In this document: piece by piece, positions 48,385-61,420 of the stretch | Position numbering within the stretch: position 1 is the stretch's first letter | How the letters are laid out: each line of letters opens with the position of its first letter | NCBI RefSeq assembly: GCF_037042905.1 | Contig: NC_087250.1 | Coordinates: forward strand, 17,610,001-17,674,000 | DNA length: 64,000 bases | Source of the DNA: Lytechinus pictus | Taxonomy: Eukaryota | Direction: 5' to 3' | Notes under the pieces: model-generated | What the model saw: only the letters and a program-made list of their open reading frames with translations | Told to the model about the DNA's origin: nothing | Databases searched by the model: none | Program-made: the position numbers and the translations under genes

Positions 48385-51024
48385 GTAAGTCTTCTTTTTA
48401 ATTCATTTATCAATATTGATAATTCTTTTGCTTTGAATTTCGAAAAAAAGGTGGTTTCTAGCAAAAAGTAGATTACGCTGTACATGTACATTTCTAATTT
48501 ATAGGCTATTTTTCGCAATCTATCTATTTTATCCGAAGTAATTTGTTAACTTTATTTTATAGAAAAATACAAGAAGAAGAAGAAGAAACTCATGCTAGGG
48601 AATACTTTTATTAAGTGAAAAGCAGTGCTTTCTGCAAATGTAAAACCATTTCCACGCAGTATTCATTATCACATTTTAATAATGCAATTACGTAACAATC
48701 ATGGTCACAAGTCATGATGTAAGTCAGTTTCCCCCTTTGTGTGCATGTGTAGCACTAGGATGTAGTTTTGGGGGAATTTACACTATCTTCGAATGGTTGA
48801 TTTTTTTCTTCTTTTTCACTCCCTTTAATATATGGGTCTTTTACCAGTGGTTTTCAGAGACGGATTTGAAACACGTATTCTTTTTTCTTATTTTTTTTCT
48901 CGGGGGGGGGGGGGGGGTGCCTGAATCGATATTACGTCAACATAAATTAGTTATGCACTGTAGTTATTTTTGATCCGGTTGACAGAGTATAGTTCAATAC
49001 TCAAAACACCAAGTCACACATTACCATAAATACCGAACCCACTGACGTAAGTTGGGGGGGGGGGGGGTGCCCCCCAAGAAAAATCCATGAATGTGGAGAA
49101 AGAAAAAAAAAAGTGTTGAAATATGATATCATTTTCTAATGATATGTTATCAAAATCTATCACCAAACCAGTTCTTCGTCAAATTTTTGCTCGCTCGTTT
49201 TGCTGGTTCGATAGTTTTCCTCTTTATGCCATGTTTGGCCCCTCAAAGATTTTGGATCATTGCCCCACTGATTGAACCATATCAAATGAACCGTTTAACT
49301 CTGAAATAATGAGAATTTGGGTACTACTTCACGAAAGTTGCCTAACACTGAGAAGTTGTCATTTCTCGACTACAATTAGAAACCTGATCGAGCTTCTCTG
49401 CCAATCACAACCGAGGAAAAGTGATGAGATCTGACAACTTTTTCAGACGAATTGTTGGTGAAATGCTCCCTTGACGATCCAATAATTAGGCCTACTAATT
49501 ATCTCTGGAATCATCATTATTGTTTGTAATCTGCCCTGACGTTTTAATTGGTTCTTAAGAACAAGATGTAATTAAAGACTAAGCAGATCATTCATCCGTG
49601 ACGTCATAATTACGTCGCACTAATGGCAAAAGACCGCAAGACATACGGCTGCACGTAATTAACAAACAAAAGATACAAAATAGGATGAAGCACTAGCGTA
49701 CCAAGGGGGCGGGGGAGGGCAGGGGGGCAGACTGCCCCCCCCTGACGAGTCACAACTCATGCAGGGGACGTATTCCTGCCCCCCCTGACGAGTCACAACT
49801 GTTACAATGGACGTGCCCCCCTTTTCTGGTATGAAATCTTTTTTTTTTTTGTTGAAGACTTTTTTTTTTTGCTTGTCAATTTTTGTTCTGGTAAGAAATC
49901 CTTTATTTGTGGTTGAAGACCCTTTTTTTTTTGCTTGTCAAATTTTTTCGCGGACGAAATATCCTCCAAGAAATTTGCCCCCTTCTGGAAAATCCTAGGT
50001 ACGTAAGTGGGATGAAGGGTGGGGGCCAGGGGCGTAGACAACGGGGGGGATGAGGGGGATGCATCCCCCCCACCTCACAAGGTGGGGGGGATGGCATGTA
50101 CAATCATCCCCCCCAGGTTTTGGGGAATGATATTTGGTTACTTAATAAGTCATAATGATGATAATAATAGTAATAATAATAATGATAACAATTATAATAT
50201 TAATAATAATAATAATTATGATGATGATAATAATAATCCTCATCATGATTGTAATTGTGTTTATTGTTATTAGCCGTTATGGTTCCGATTTCTTCACAAA
50301 CTTACAAAGCAGTATTGTTACTCCATGGATCATAGTGATACTGTTTATGTTTTTTGTATCTGTATGTTAATGAGCCGCCAGCCAATATCCATCTATGGAT
50401 ACTATGCCTGTTTCTTTGAGGTAAAAAAAAAGCATAGTATGTACGTATTCATTATGCTTTATAATGAACAGACATATTGTTATTTGTTTGTTGTTTATGT
50501 GTTCTATTCACAAATGGCCACATAGGCTGTTTTCATTCATAACCACATACCCATATCAAGACAACAAAGACTATAGCTGCGTGTACACAGTTGACATTGG
50601 TTTTTTTTCTGAAGAGGTGTAACAGCAAAATTCACAGAGCTAGAGATAAATAAATACGTAGTGTGGTTCAATATGCAATACTATGTGTCAGTCCATTCTG
50701 TATTCGTATGCCACGATGTGTAGATCTTGTCGATGTATGTCTGTCCATTCAAGGCGTAGTATGTGTGTGGTGCGCGCACCCGTGTGTGTGTGTGTGTGTG
50801 GGTGTGTGTGTGTGTGTGAGTATGTGTGTGTGTGTGCGTGCGCGCTTGTGTGTGTTATTTTACCTCATTAAGTATGCATCAGATTGCACGATTTCAAGTT
50901 CAAAATTGCAAAAGCTCCCTACCGTGGGAGGGGGGACACCCCCCTCCCACATCCTCCCCCCGCTCGGTCGCTTCGCTCCCTCGCTCGGGCGCTTTGCGCC
51001 CTCACTTGCGTTGGCAGCCCAGTC

Positions 51025-51460
51025 GGTTCCATGACAATTGCTCCGCCGACATCTGCTCCGCCGACAATTGCTACGCAAAATACGACAACTGCTCCGCCGA
51101 CAATTGCTCCGGACAGTTGCTCCGCCGACAGTTGCTCCGTCGACACTTGCTCCGCCGATATTTGCTCCGTCGACACTTGCTCCGCCGATATTTGCTCCGT
51201 CGACATCTGCTCCGCCGATATTTGCTCCGCCGACAGTTGCTCCGCCGATAATTGCTCCGCCGACATCTGCTCCGATTTTACGACAATTGCTCCGCGACAA
51301 TTGCTCCGCCGATATTTGCTCCGCCGATAATTGCTCCGCCGATAATTGCTCCGCCGATAATTGCTCCGCCGAAAATTGCTCCAATTATACGACATTTGCT
51401 TCACGACAATTGATCCGCAGTCTATTGCTCCGCCGTCATGTGCTCCGATAATACAATTGC
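51025..51460 (+). repeat. 15-bp tandem array (GACANTTGCTCCGCC)n, left arm of a foldback element
   Basis: Directly visible; inverted copy at 55350-55779. Confidence 0.9.
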
Positions 51461-51738
51461 ATGAACATCTTACAAATTGTTTTGTTGTTGTGTTGTTATT
51501 ATTTTTATCTATTTATTTCATTCTCCCCTATCATCACAGCTTTCTGCTTAAAAAAACCAAATTGTTCTCCCTGCCGCCGCCACTGTCTTGACAAATTGTA
51601 ACGCAGAAGGGGAATGACACACTCCCCATTGGAATTGTGAATCTGGATTTTTGTTCATATATTATTATCATTGGTTTCAATCCGGTCTTGAGCGGGGAGA
51701 GAATGGGGGGGGGGGGGTGCTGGACACAATATCTCTTC

Positions 51739-53529
51739 CATAGGCGGATCCAGGGGAGGGGCCGAGGGCCCCTCCCCCACTGGCTGAACAAGAAAAAAAA
51801 AGGAAAGAAAGAAAAAAAGATGGAAAGAGAAGAGTAAAAAGAAGAGGAGGAAGACGAGTAAATAAAATAAGATGAGGGAAAGACTTGGAAAATAAAAAGA
51901 ATCTTTCATGTCACTGTATAAAATTTTCCCTCGCGCTTCGCGCTCGCATTGCCTGTTAGGTGATTTTTCATATCTTGTTCAATAATTATGGAGTTTAAAT
52001 ATCAAGTTTGGAAGTCAATATACAAAACATATTTCACCTCGGGAATCGAACTTTCATTGTTTTGTGTGATTTACAAATTGATTTTTAAAAAGTGCTCTGT
52101 AAAAATGTCAGTTTTATGGTCTGAATTTTAACATTTTCTACTCGCGCTGCGCACTCGCAAATGTATATCAGGTACCTATTATTTTCGTGTATTCCGTAAA
52201 GTTTTCAAAATATCCCCCTTTTCAGGTCTGATTGTCAAAACGTATCAGCTAGCGCTGCGCTCGCATTTGAATGGAGAGTTATGTATTTCTCAATATTGAA
52301 TATACAAATTAACTACTTAAGAGGAAAAACCCTATAGAAACCTATACCCCCGGGGAGGGCACTCAGTATATAATGCATAGTGGGTATTAACCCAGGGAGC
52401 CCCCATTTAATGACAGTTTATCAAAAAATTTGGCTCGCGATTTGCGCTCGCATTCATGGTTAAAAATATATTAACTGATGCATCCTATTTATGACTACGA
52501 AAGTAATTGAAATGTCCAGTTTTCAGACCATAATATCATCAGATTTCGTGCCGTCATTAGGCATTAATGAGTAAGATATTAATTTAGAAATTAAATTGTC
52601 CCTTTTGTTTTGTCTCGCGCTTAGCAAGAGGAATAGGAAAATAGCGTTCATTTTCATATGATGACATGTCCTAAGGATGTCCCGGTCCTATATATGTCAA
52701 AACTCAAAGTAATAATAGAACATATCAGCTCTTCATTAAGTGCAATCCATATCCACCTCACAAATTCACAAAGTGCTTGAAATATAGAGCAGAAATGGAT
52801 TCTTTTTTACGTCGGAAAATCAAATAGTTTATTCTATTTAAAACATTATCCAGTTTCAGATCACAATATCAAAAATTTTCTGCTCGCGCTTTGTGCTCGC
52901 ATTATCAAGTTAGGAAGATCCCATATTACTCATTCTTTTCATGGTTTACAAAACATGAATAGAGTGTCCCGTTTTAGGTCTAAATCTCGATTTTTTTCCG
53001 CCCGCGCTTCGCGCTCGCTTAAATTGGTTAGTTATATAGCTATCCTGTTCACGATTACAAAAATTGATTGAAATTTTCCATTCTTTATGTAGACATTTCA
53101 AAATGTTTCAGCTCGCGCTTCGCACTCGCTTTATATGATTTTTAAAGTATCTAACGTCTTCATGGCTATCTGCAAGCAATCTTTCACAAGTTCCTTTTCC
53201 ATCAGTTCATTTCTGCTCGCGCTTCTCGTTCGTAGTGATTATTTAATTGCATACACATCTTTCTCATGATAACAAACATTGACCAGAATGTTCCAATTTT
53301 AGAAGAAAAAACACATAAAATTTCCTTTAAAAATTTAGCTCGCGCTTCGCGCTCGCATTATATAAATAAGGATTATGATATTATATATTTATGTTGATTT
53401 ATAAGAATAAAGCTAAGTGACTTTAGGACTACCCCTTCAAAGAAACCAAAATCATCATCGAGCGGCCGATCGGGGAAAATATGGCTATAACCCCCCCCCT
53501 CCTATTGGCGAAGGCTAGATCAGCCCCTG
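51739..53529. mobile_element. Non-autonomous element with dispersed CTCGCGCTTCGCGCTCGC motifs
   Basis: Ends CATAGGCGGATCCAG / CTAGATCAGCCCCTG; motif recurs about a dozen times. Confidence 0.5.
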
Positions 53530-54742
53530 CCCTTCTGCTTTCCAGCAACTTATACACCATACATTTGCGCCCCCCTCTCTCTCCCTCTTTCTCGTTTTGT
53601 TCTTTCACACTATTAATTTTCATTGGTTACCGCTTGATTTATTGTATATTTATCAGCATTACAATTGTTAATATTTTTATCAATATTTTTTAATACGTCT
53701 TGGGCCTTATCTACCCTTGCACCTTTTTTCTTTAAATTTGTTTCAAACGAAAGCATGATCATCACTGGCGTACAGATAGGGGAGGGGCGTGCTAGGGGTC
53801 ACGGATCCCCCCCCCCATTCTCCCTACCAATGAAAGAAAAGAATAAAGGAAAGGAAACTAAATGTCATCCTTGTCTGGCCCCCTCCATTTTTTTTGTTGG
53901 CTCATTACGCTACTGGTGAGTTACTATAAGACGAGACTTCGGTTGTATTTTTTTCTATTCTGTGCAATAGCAACAATATAAATATATTTTAATAAATGAA
54001 TATATGTATGTATCTCTCTCATAACGTATAAACAAATAATGTTGTTTCTAAAAGACAATAATACACATTATACACATATATATACCAGTAATAATATAGT
54101 TACATATTCATGAAACCCAATAACGCATCGCACTGAATTTATAATGCGAGCACGAAGCACGAGATGTTATTAACCTGGAAAGGGGAAATTTATACGCATT
54201 TTTTTTATTGTAAACATAAAGCATACCTATTGAATTTCACCTGGAGCAAATATCTCCACTTCGGAGCATATTTCGCCAGAGCGATTTTGACGCTAAGAAT
54301 TTTTTTTTGTCCCGTCATGATAATTACATGAACACGCGTATTTTTTTTTCATTTTAATCACCAGGCACGAAATAAAACTTAAACAAATGCCCCCCAAGGA
54401 ATAAGAATTAAGAATATCTATCCCTCCTTTGTGCTTATCCCTTTTTTCTATTTCTTTCTATGTTATGTATCAGGGGCCGCGGAACCGGGGGCTGGGGGCT
54501 TCAGCCCCCCCCTCCCCCTTTTTTTCCAAAACCGTGTACAAAAACGTAAAAATGACCATATGATTGTGATTTTTAGCATAGTCAGCCCCCACTTTGAAAA
54601 CCGTTCCGCGGCCCCTGTTTATGTCATGTAATATATCAAATTTACTTTGCAATATATATATTATAATATACACATTTGTAAATTGACGTCTTCATCCTGT
54701 GCTACAATATTGTTATGCGCATGAAAGTACGAATTAATTTAA

Positions 54743-55344
54743 AGGTCAAGTCCACCCCAGACAAATGTTGATTTGAATAAATAGAGAAAAATCAGACTAG
54801 CGTAACGCTGAAAATTTCATCAAAATCGGATGTAAAATAAGAAAGTAATAGCATTTTAAAGTTTCGCTTATTTTTCACAAAACAGTGATATGCACAACTC
54901 AGTGAAATGCAAATGAGTCAGTCGATGATGTCCATCACTCACTATCCCTTTTGTTTTTTATTGTTTGAATTATACAATATTTCATTTTTTACAAATTTGA
55001 AAATACGGACCAACTTGACTGAACCATATAATATTAAACAATGCTAATTCCACGTGTTCAGGGGGGATTAATCGTTGTTTTACTTGGCAATGAGGAGAAA
55101 ATTAGAATATTTCATATTTCACATAATAAAATACAAAAGAAATAGTGAGTGGATGACATCATCAGTCTTCTCATTTGCATACCAACCAGGATGTGCATAT
55201 AACTGTTTTGTGAAATTAGGCGAAACTTTAAAATGTCATAACTTTCTTATTTTACATCCGATTTTGATGAAATTTTCAGTGTTATGCTTGTTGGATTTTT
55301 CTCTTTTTATTCAAATCAATTTTTGGTTGGGGTGGACTTGTCCT
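54743..55344. mobile_element. Kolobok-like MITE family A
   Basis: TTAA-flanked; same TIR as 22324-22914. Confidence 0.85.
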
Positions 55345-55349
55345 TTAAA

Positions 55350-55779
55350 TATCGCAATATCGGAGCAATTTACGGCGGAGCAGATGTCGGCGGAGCAAAC
55401 ATTGACGGAGCAGATATCGGCGGAGCAATTGTCGCGATGCAATTTTCGGCGGAGCAGATGTCGGCGGAGCAATTATCGGCGGAGCAGATGTCGGCGGAGC
55501 AAAAATCGGCGGAGCAATTGTCGTATAATCGGAGCAGATGTCGGCGGAGCAATTTTCGGCGGAGCAGATGTCGGCGGAGCAAATATCGGCGGAGCATATG
55601 TCGACGGAGCAAATATCGGCGGAGCAAGTGTCGACGGAGCAACTGTCGGCGGAGCAAGTGTCGACGGAGCAACTGTCGGCGGAGCAACTGTCCGGAGCAA
55701 TTGTCGGCGGAGCAGTTGTCGTATTTTGCGTAGCAGTTGTCAGCGGAGCAGATGTCGGCGGAGCAATTGTCGGGTCACC
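55350..55779 (-). repeat. 15-bp tandem array, right arm of the foldback element
   Basis: Reverse complement of 51025-51460, including the irregular unit GCTACGCAAAATACGAC. Confidence 0.9.
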
Positions 55780-58700
55780 GACATCCCCCCCAGGTGTACG
55801 AACCTGTCTACGCCACTGGTGGGGGCAGTTTTGTTTAACCCCTCCATTCTATATTATTAGTTATTATACACAAGTTTCCCTTAACCCTGTGCAAAGAGGA
55901 AGTGTTCCCCCAACAATAAAAAAATGATTTTGTTATAAAGACAAAAACAATCAATCTTAACGATGAAAATTCAATTAAAATCGGATGTCAAATAAGAAAG
56001 TTCTGAGGGTTTTTTTAAGTTTCGCTCTATTATTTCACATGATATGCAAATCCTGGTTAGTTTACAAATTATGAGGGAACCAGTGAAATTTACACAATCG
56101 TTTTTCATTACTCTATTTGAAACATAATGTGTATATTTTTTTTTCGTTTTTCTACTCATTATAATTGATGTCAGTTAATTTTCCGTTCAAATTTCACTTA
56201 TGACAATTGATTTTAGTTTCATCTTCTTTTATTCATTTTTTGTCCCGGATTCGGTAAAATAATATAATTTTGATTATCTTTTAATTTCGATGAAAGCGTG
56301 CGTATTATCGGTGTATGTGACCCATTAATTACAGTCGCACATCCGACTCGAAGAGGTGGGCGAAATATTAACCGCGATTTCATCGAAGCGTAGTAGGGTG
56401 AATGCTTGCTCGTGCGTGAAGATAATATAATAAATCGACACTTTCTACGTATTTGAGGGGGATGGGTGTTCCAAAGGGAGAAGGCATCTCATCGCTTGTC
56501 AAATTTCTTTAATTTTCCTCCCATATTTTAATCCCATTCATTTCCTGAATTCTTTTATTTATCGTTTTGGGACAGATCAGTGGGGGAATTCGTAAAATAG
56601 AAGGGGTGGTTTAAGAGAATGAGCTAAAGAAGCCTGATTGATTTTGATGAGGATGACGAGATTGGGAGAAAAAAGTTGAATTCTTGATGAGACATCGAGA
56701 GAGGGAGAGAGAAAGGGGGAGGGGAGGGGGAGAGGGGTTGGGATGGGAGAGGGCTTAAGGGGAAAGTCCATCCTGATTTCAACTTTGTTGCAATAAAAAA
56801 TAGAAAAACAAAATTAAGTTTTGACGAAAATCCACTCAAGAAGCGAATTACCGAATAATTTTATGACGTCACATGCGAGCATCTCTTATAATGTCACACT
56901 TAAAAAAACCCAGAAGATTTATATATTTTGAAAAGAAGATTTCAAAGAAAAATAACAGAATTATTCTGCAAATTGCTAAAACAGTAAAATTTCTGCAATT
57001 TAACAGAACAGGTCTGTTGAAAATAGATGAAAACCAAGTTTTATTACAGGGAATTTGTAAGGTTTCAGACACCAAATATTGATAATTTCTGTAAGTTTAC
57101 ACAATGCAGCAAGTTATAGGTGTTCTCGAGGCCCTTCTGTGGTTATGTGTAGTGTTTGCGTGTGTGTAGTTTGCCATCAGACATATCATTTCATTCACAC
57201 TTTGATAATCTACGTATAATGAATGGGAAAAATAGTTTTAATCATTACGAATCGACAAAGTGGGATGTTCTCGGATTTACAATGCCTGATGACATAAGTA
57301 TATGGGGCAACTGCTCTCACATTATATGACGTCACACGAATAAAACCTGTAAACATTCACAAACTACGTCTTTTTCGTAAAACCTTCAGCAATATTTACT
57401 CTCTAATTTGTCTATTTTTATCAGAACAAACTAATCATGAGGGCAAATAAATTTCTCATTAAAAGGAGGTGAGATTGCAAAGACCTCTAGATCAGTAAAA
57501 CTGAATATTTTTTTCTGTTTTGAATAATAAATTGCACAAAATATCGTTTCTCCCAAGTGGGAGTCTCTCCCTGATACTGAAATTGATATGATGACGTTTA
57601 TGCCATAATTTTCATTCTATTTTCACATCCTAAAGGTGGAAATAGAATTCATCGTAGGCAGGGGATAAAATATTAATAGGAAAAATGATAAATGCGTAAC
57701 TGAGAAGTTGGATGTATAGGGTGTTCCAAAGATGCGACTGGGGATCTAATAAATCACGGAAGTAGAAAATGGATGTAACTTGATTAGAATAATCTTAAAC
57801 TTGCACACTGCAAGTGTTGGTTTAACACCAACCCGGAATCTATATATGTCCACACCAGAGAAGTGTTAAACAACACCAGTTTATTTTTGGTCTAACACCA
57901 GATAGGTGTTTATACATCACCAATTAGGCCTAATATTAAAACAGCATAGGTTTGATTCCATAGATTCCGGGCTAGTGGTATATCAACACCGGAATTTTTG
58001 CAGTGTATGTTACTATTTCCCCCAAACTTTCCAATCTACATAATATGACCTGCATGTCTTGAGTCCTGTGAACAATGTATGCCTACAATTTAAAGTTTAG
58101 GTCTAATGTATACTTTTGAAAATCACGGTCAACCAGAGCATGCGTAAAAACATAAATATACCCATGATTATTCAAGACATCTACAATTACATGTTATCTC
58201 AACCATTTTTTTATATTGAAATTTGGGTTTGACATTATATGGATAAAAACTGATTTACGAAGAGAATTAATGGTTTAATGTGATAAATTAGGAATTTAAG
58301 CTTGTTTTTAAAACGTATCACAGCTTATATTGGCAGCTCTTATTATAATTTTATTTTGTCTTGAGGACATTGTAGTACTAACCGAGGAGCCGCGGGACGC
58401 TCAATGATTAAGCATATCGATGCGTTCATATTTTGTGGCATGTATTTATTACTTTGCTGCCTTGTTTAATATTTAATTTTTTTTTTGGGGGGATACAGGT
58501 GATATTTTTTCCCGTATTTTTTCTAATAAATTTTTATACGATTTCTACATACCCGGTAGTGAAACTAATGAGCCAGGACGCTTAATGGTAAAGGTACCAC
58601 AGAAAAAAGTTAAAATATAATGTTTATATATCTAAACATAGCAGCATCATTTTATTTTCGATTTGGGGACACTGTGACTCGTGATCGTGTTTTAAACTAT

Positions 58701-59799
58701 TTTTCAAAATAAATTTGTTACACACTATGTAGTGCTAGCCAAGGAGCCAGGATGGTTAGTGATTAAATAACCGCAGAAAGAATGATGATGTTAGGTGCGA
58801 TGTCTTTTTTTTCTCTGTGTATGGTCTCGCAAGAATTTAATTGGGCGGTGATAAATTTGTCTTTATCTGCCTACGATGGACATGAATAGAAAATGATCAC
58901 TCTCTCTTTCTCCCCACCCTCTCTCTCCTCCTCTTCCTCCTCCTCCCCATCTCTCATCTTCTCTCTCCCTCCCTCGCCACTCTCTCCCCCCTCTCCCTCG
59001 CCACTCTCTCTCTCTTACCTTCTACTCCCTCTTTCCAAATCTCTCTCATCTCCTTTCCGCATTTCTCAATTTTGAGAGTTCTATAAATGATATATATTTC
59101 AAAGGACAAAATTCCAGAAAGAATATTCGATTCAGATTATCATTTTATTTGTTTATATGTTTTTAAGTAATCATTATCTATTTTATATATTTATTTATTT
59201 ATCTATCTATCTATCTATCTATCTATTTTTTTTTATTATTTATTTATTCATTAACTTACCTACTTATTTAATTAATTTATATGTCTTATTTTGGGGTCCC
59301 CCTTCCACTCCCTCTCTCTCTCTCTCTCTCCTCGTCCCCCTCCCTTCCATCTCCTTTGTCTCCCACTTTCACCCTTCGATTCCTACTCTCTTGAGAAAGT
59401 TCTGTTTAAAATATATTAAAAAGAAAGTAATAGAAATTTTCATTTCAGCTGGAAGATAGATGTTATGAATGATGTGATGTTATTGTTTGTTTTTTAAATC
59501 TAGTATAGCTTGATGAGAAGTGAGGTCAAGTTACATTACAGATAATTGATTCAGACGACATTATGCTTAGGAAATACACAAAAATGTAACCAGTCACGTA
59601 TCTGATTTAAACAAAAAAATCGGGGAGGGGAAGAAGACGCATAATGCTTTTGAAAGAAAGTCATTTAGTGAGAGAGCAAAGCGATCATGCTTGGCATGAG
59701 GGCACTTTTGCATTTTCTAAAGTGAAATTGAATTATTTCGTGCACAATTATGTAAGTAATGTGACTATTAACATTGTTGCTTTTTTTGTTATTTAGATA

Positions 59800-59899
59800 A
59801 TGGACAGGCTGCATTTATTCATGCTTGTTGCCATGGCAACGATACTCAGCCTTTTAATGCCATCTGATGCCGGACGCGGAGATGGGTGCAGATATTATA
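59800..59899 (+). CDS. MSMB: Beta-microseminoprotein (PSP94)-like, coding exon 1 (signal peptide)
   Basis: MDRLHLFMLVAMATILSLLMPSDAGRGDGCRYY; ttag acceptor and gtgagt donor in phase 1. Confidence 0.8.
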
Positions 59900-60023
59900 G
59901 TGAGTATATCACGATGATACACTTCCACTTGGTCTATGCCCATTTGGTCCAATGAATTACTGCTAAGTGCTATAACCCGACACTAATTGGTCTAAATTAA
60001 TTTCTTTCTCAAAGTTTAACCAG

Positions 60024-60295
60024 GGCCCCCGCCGGCTTACAAAGAGTTACGATTGATCCAATCAATCGTAACTCTATGGAAATCCACCACTGGCATATTT
60101 TTTCTACAGGAAATTGGCACAATGTCCTTTGTAAACAAAAAGAAGCACGGTGAATCTTCAAGAAAACAATGAATGCATGAATATACATCATAGTTAGAAA
60201 ATATTTTGAACTAACATGCATAATACATGTTGATGTTGCTGGCTGTCCATAGTTGCGATTGATCGGATCAATCGTAACTCTTTGTAAGACGGGGC
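60024..60295. mobile_element. Harbinger-like MITE
   Basis: CTTACAAAGAGTTACGATTGATCC inverted ends, CAG flanks; relatives at about 24315-24558 and 25530-25778. Confidence 0.75.
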
Positions 60296-60611
60296 CAGAT
60301 CGTACAGATGCAACAATTTACACGAATGAAAAAAATGTGGTAGCAAATAAACTGAAGTGAACGGGAAGTGTAAACTATGATCGTTTTTTTTCTGGAATGT
60401 TTTTATTTATTTGTTACAAAATTATATTTCATCTTTAAATGTCACTTTTGCTTCCCCACTTCGCTCGCACAAGACTAATTGAAAAATAAAAATCTACCAT
60501 ACGAATTTTGAAAGTTTAAAAACGAAAATATGATTTCTGTGATAGATTTTAAATAATATTCAAAACGCAATATTATCCCCTTCTCTGTTGCTTGGTCGTG
60601 ATTTTTTTATG

Positions 60612-60895
60612 TTATTCATTTATTCATTCATTTATTCATTTATTTATATTTATTTATTTATTTTATTTTATCTTATTTCATTTTATTTTATTTTTATTTT
60701 ATTTTATTTTATTTTATTTTATTTTATTTTATTTTATTTTATTTTATTTTATTTTATTTTATTTTATTTTATTTTATTTTATTTTATTTTATTTTATTTT
60801 ATTTTATTTTATTTTATTTTATTTTATTTTATTTTATTTTATTTTATTTTATTTTATTTTATTCATTTATTTAATTTTTATTTATTCATTTATTT
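60612..60895. repeat. (TTTTA)n microsatellite
   Basis: Perfect pentamer run. Confidence 0.95.
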
Positions 60896-61064
60896 TGGGA
60901 AGGGGGAGAAGTCTATGGCCTTAAGCCATAGCATGTACGCCAGTGCTCGGCCTCTTAAATTAAGTTCATTTAGAAATCGCTTATCCCGTTTATATCGTCG
61001 GCTCCCTTTAATTTAGTAAAGCTTTGAAATATTGCTATGGCTTTTATTTCATCTGTCTTCCCAG

Positions 61065-61179
61065 GGAGGATGTGTAAACACGAAGGAACACGCTACGAAC
61101 GATGGGATACATGGTCCACCGATGATTGCTATGACTGTACGTGTCTCGGGAAAGGCTATGGATATAAATGCTGCCAGGA
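61065..61179 (+). CDS. MSMB: MSMB-like coding exon 2
   Basis: RMCKHEGTRYERWDTWSTDDCYDCTCLGKGYGYKCCQ, the PSP94 W-x-T-x-x-C-x-x-C-x-C..CC pattern; cccag/gtaagt. Confidence 0.88.
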
Positions 61180-61194
61180 GTAAGTGATAAGTGT

Positions 61195-61238
61195 TTATTT
61201 ATTTATACATTCATTCATTTATTCATTCATTCATTCAT

Positions 61239-61285
<47 letters not shown>

Positions 61286-61420
61286 TGTATTTATCTATTT
61301 ATTTATACATTCATTCATTCATTAATTAATTTATCAATTTATTTATTTATTCATTCATTCATTTATTTATTTATTTATTTTTTTATCTATTTATTTATTT
61401 ATTTATTTATTTATTCATAT
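61195..61420. repeat. (TTTA/TTCA)n microsatellite
   Basis: Directly visible. Confidence 0.9.

Larger units (their letters stand above)
50027..55818. mobile_element. hAT-type composite element with nested insertions
   Basis: TIR CAGGGGCGTAGACA / TGTCTACGCCACTG; 8-bp TSD GTGGGGGC at 50019-50026 and 55819-55826. Confidence 0.8.

Noticed and set aside
51025..51460. CRISPR-like repeat-spacer array
   Set aside because: Units are contiguous 15-mers with no unique spacers, there are no cas genes, and the context is eukaryotic
50826..51591. Overlapping ORFs with SAEQL/APPT/LLRR pentapeptide repeats (also 55075-55927)
   Set aside because: Translations of a stop-free 15-bp DNA array, open in most frames, lying in transposon arms
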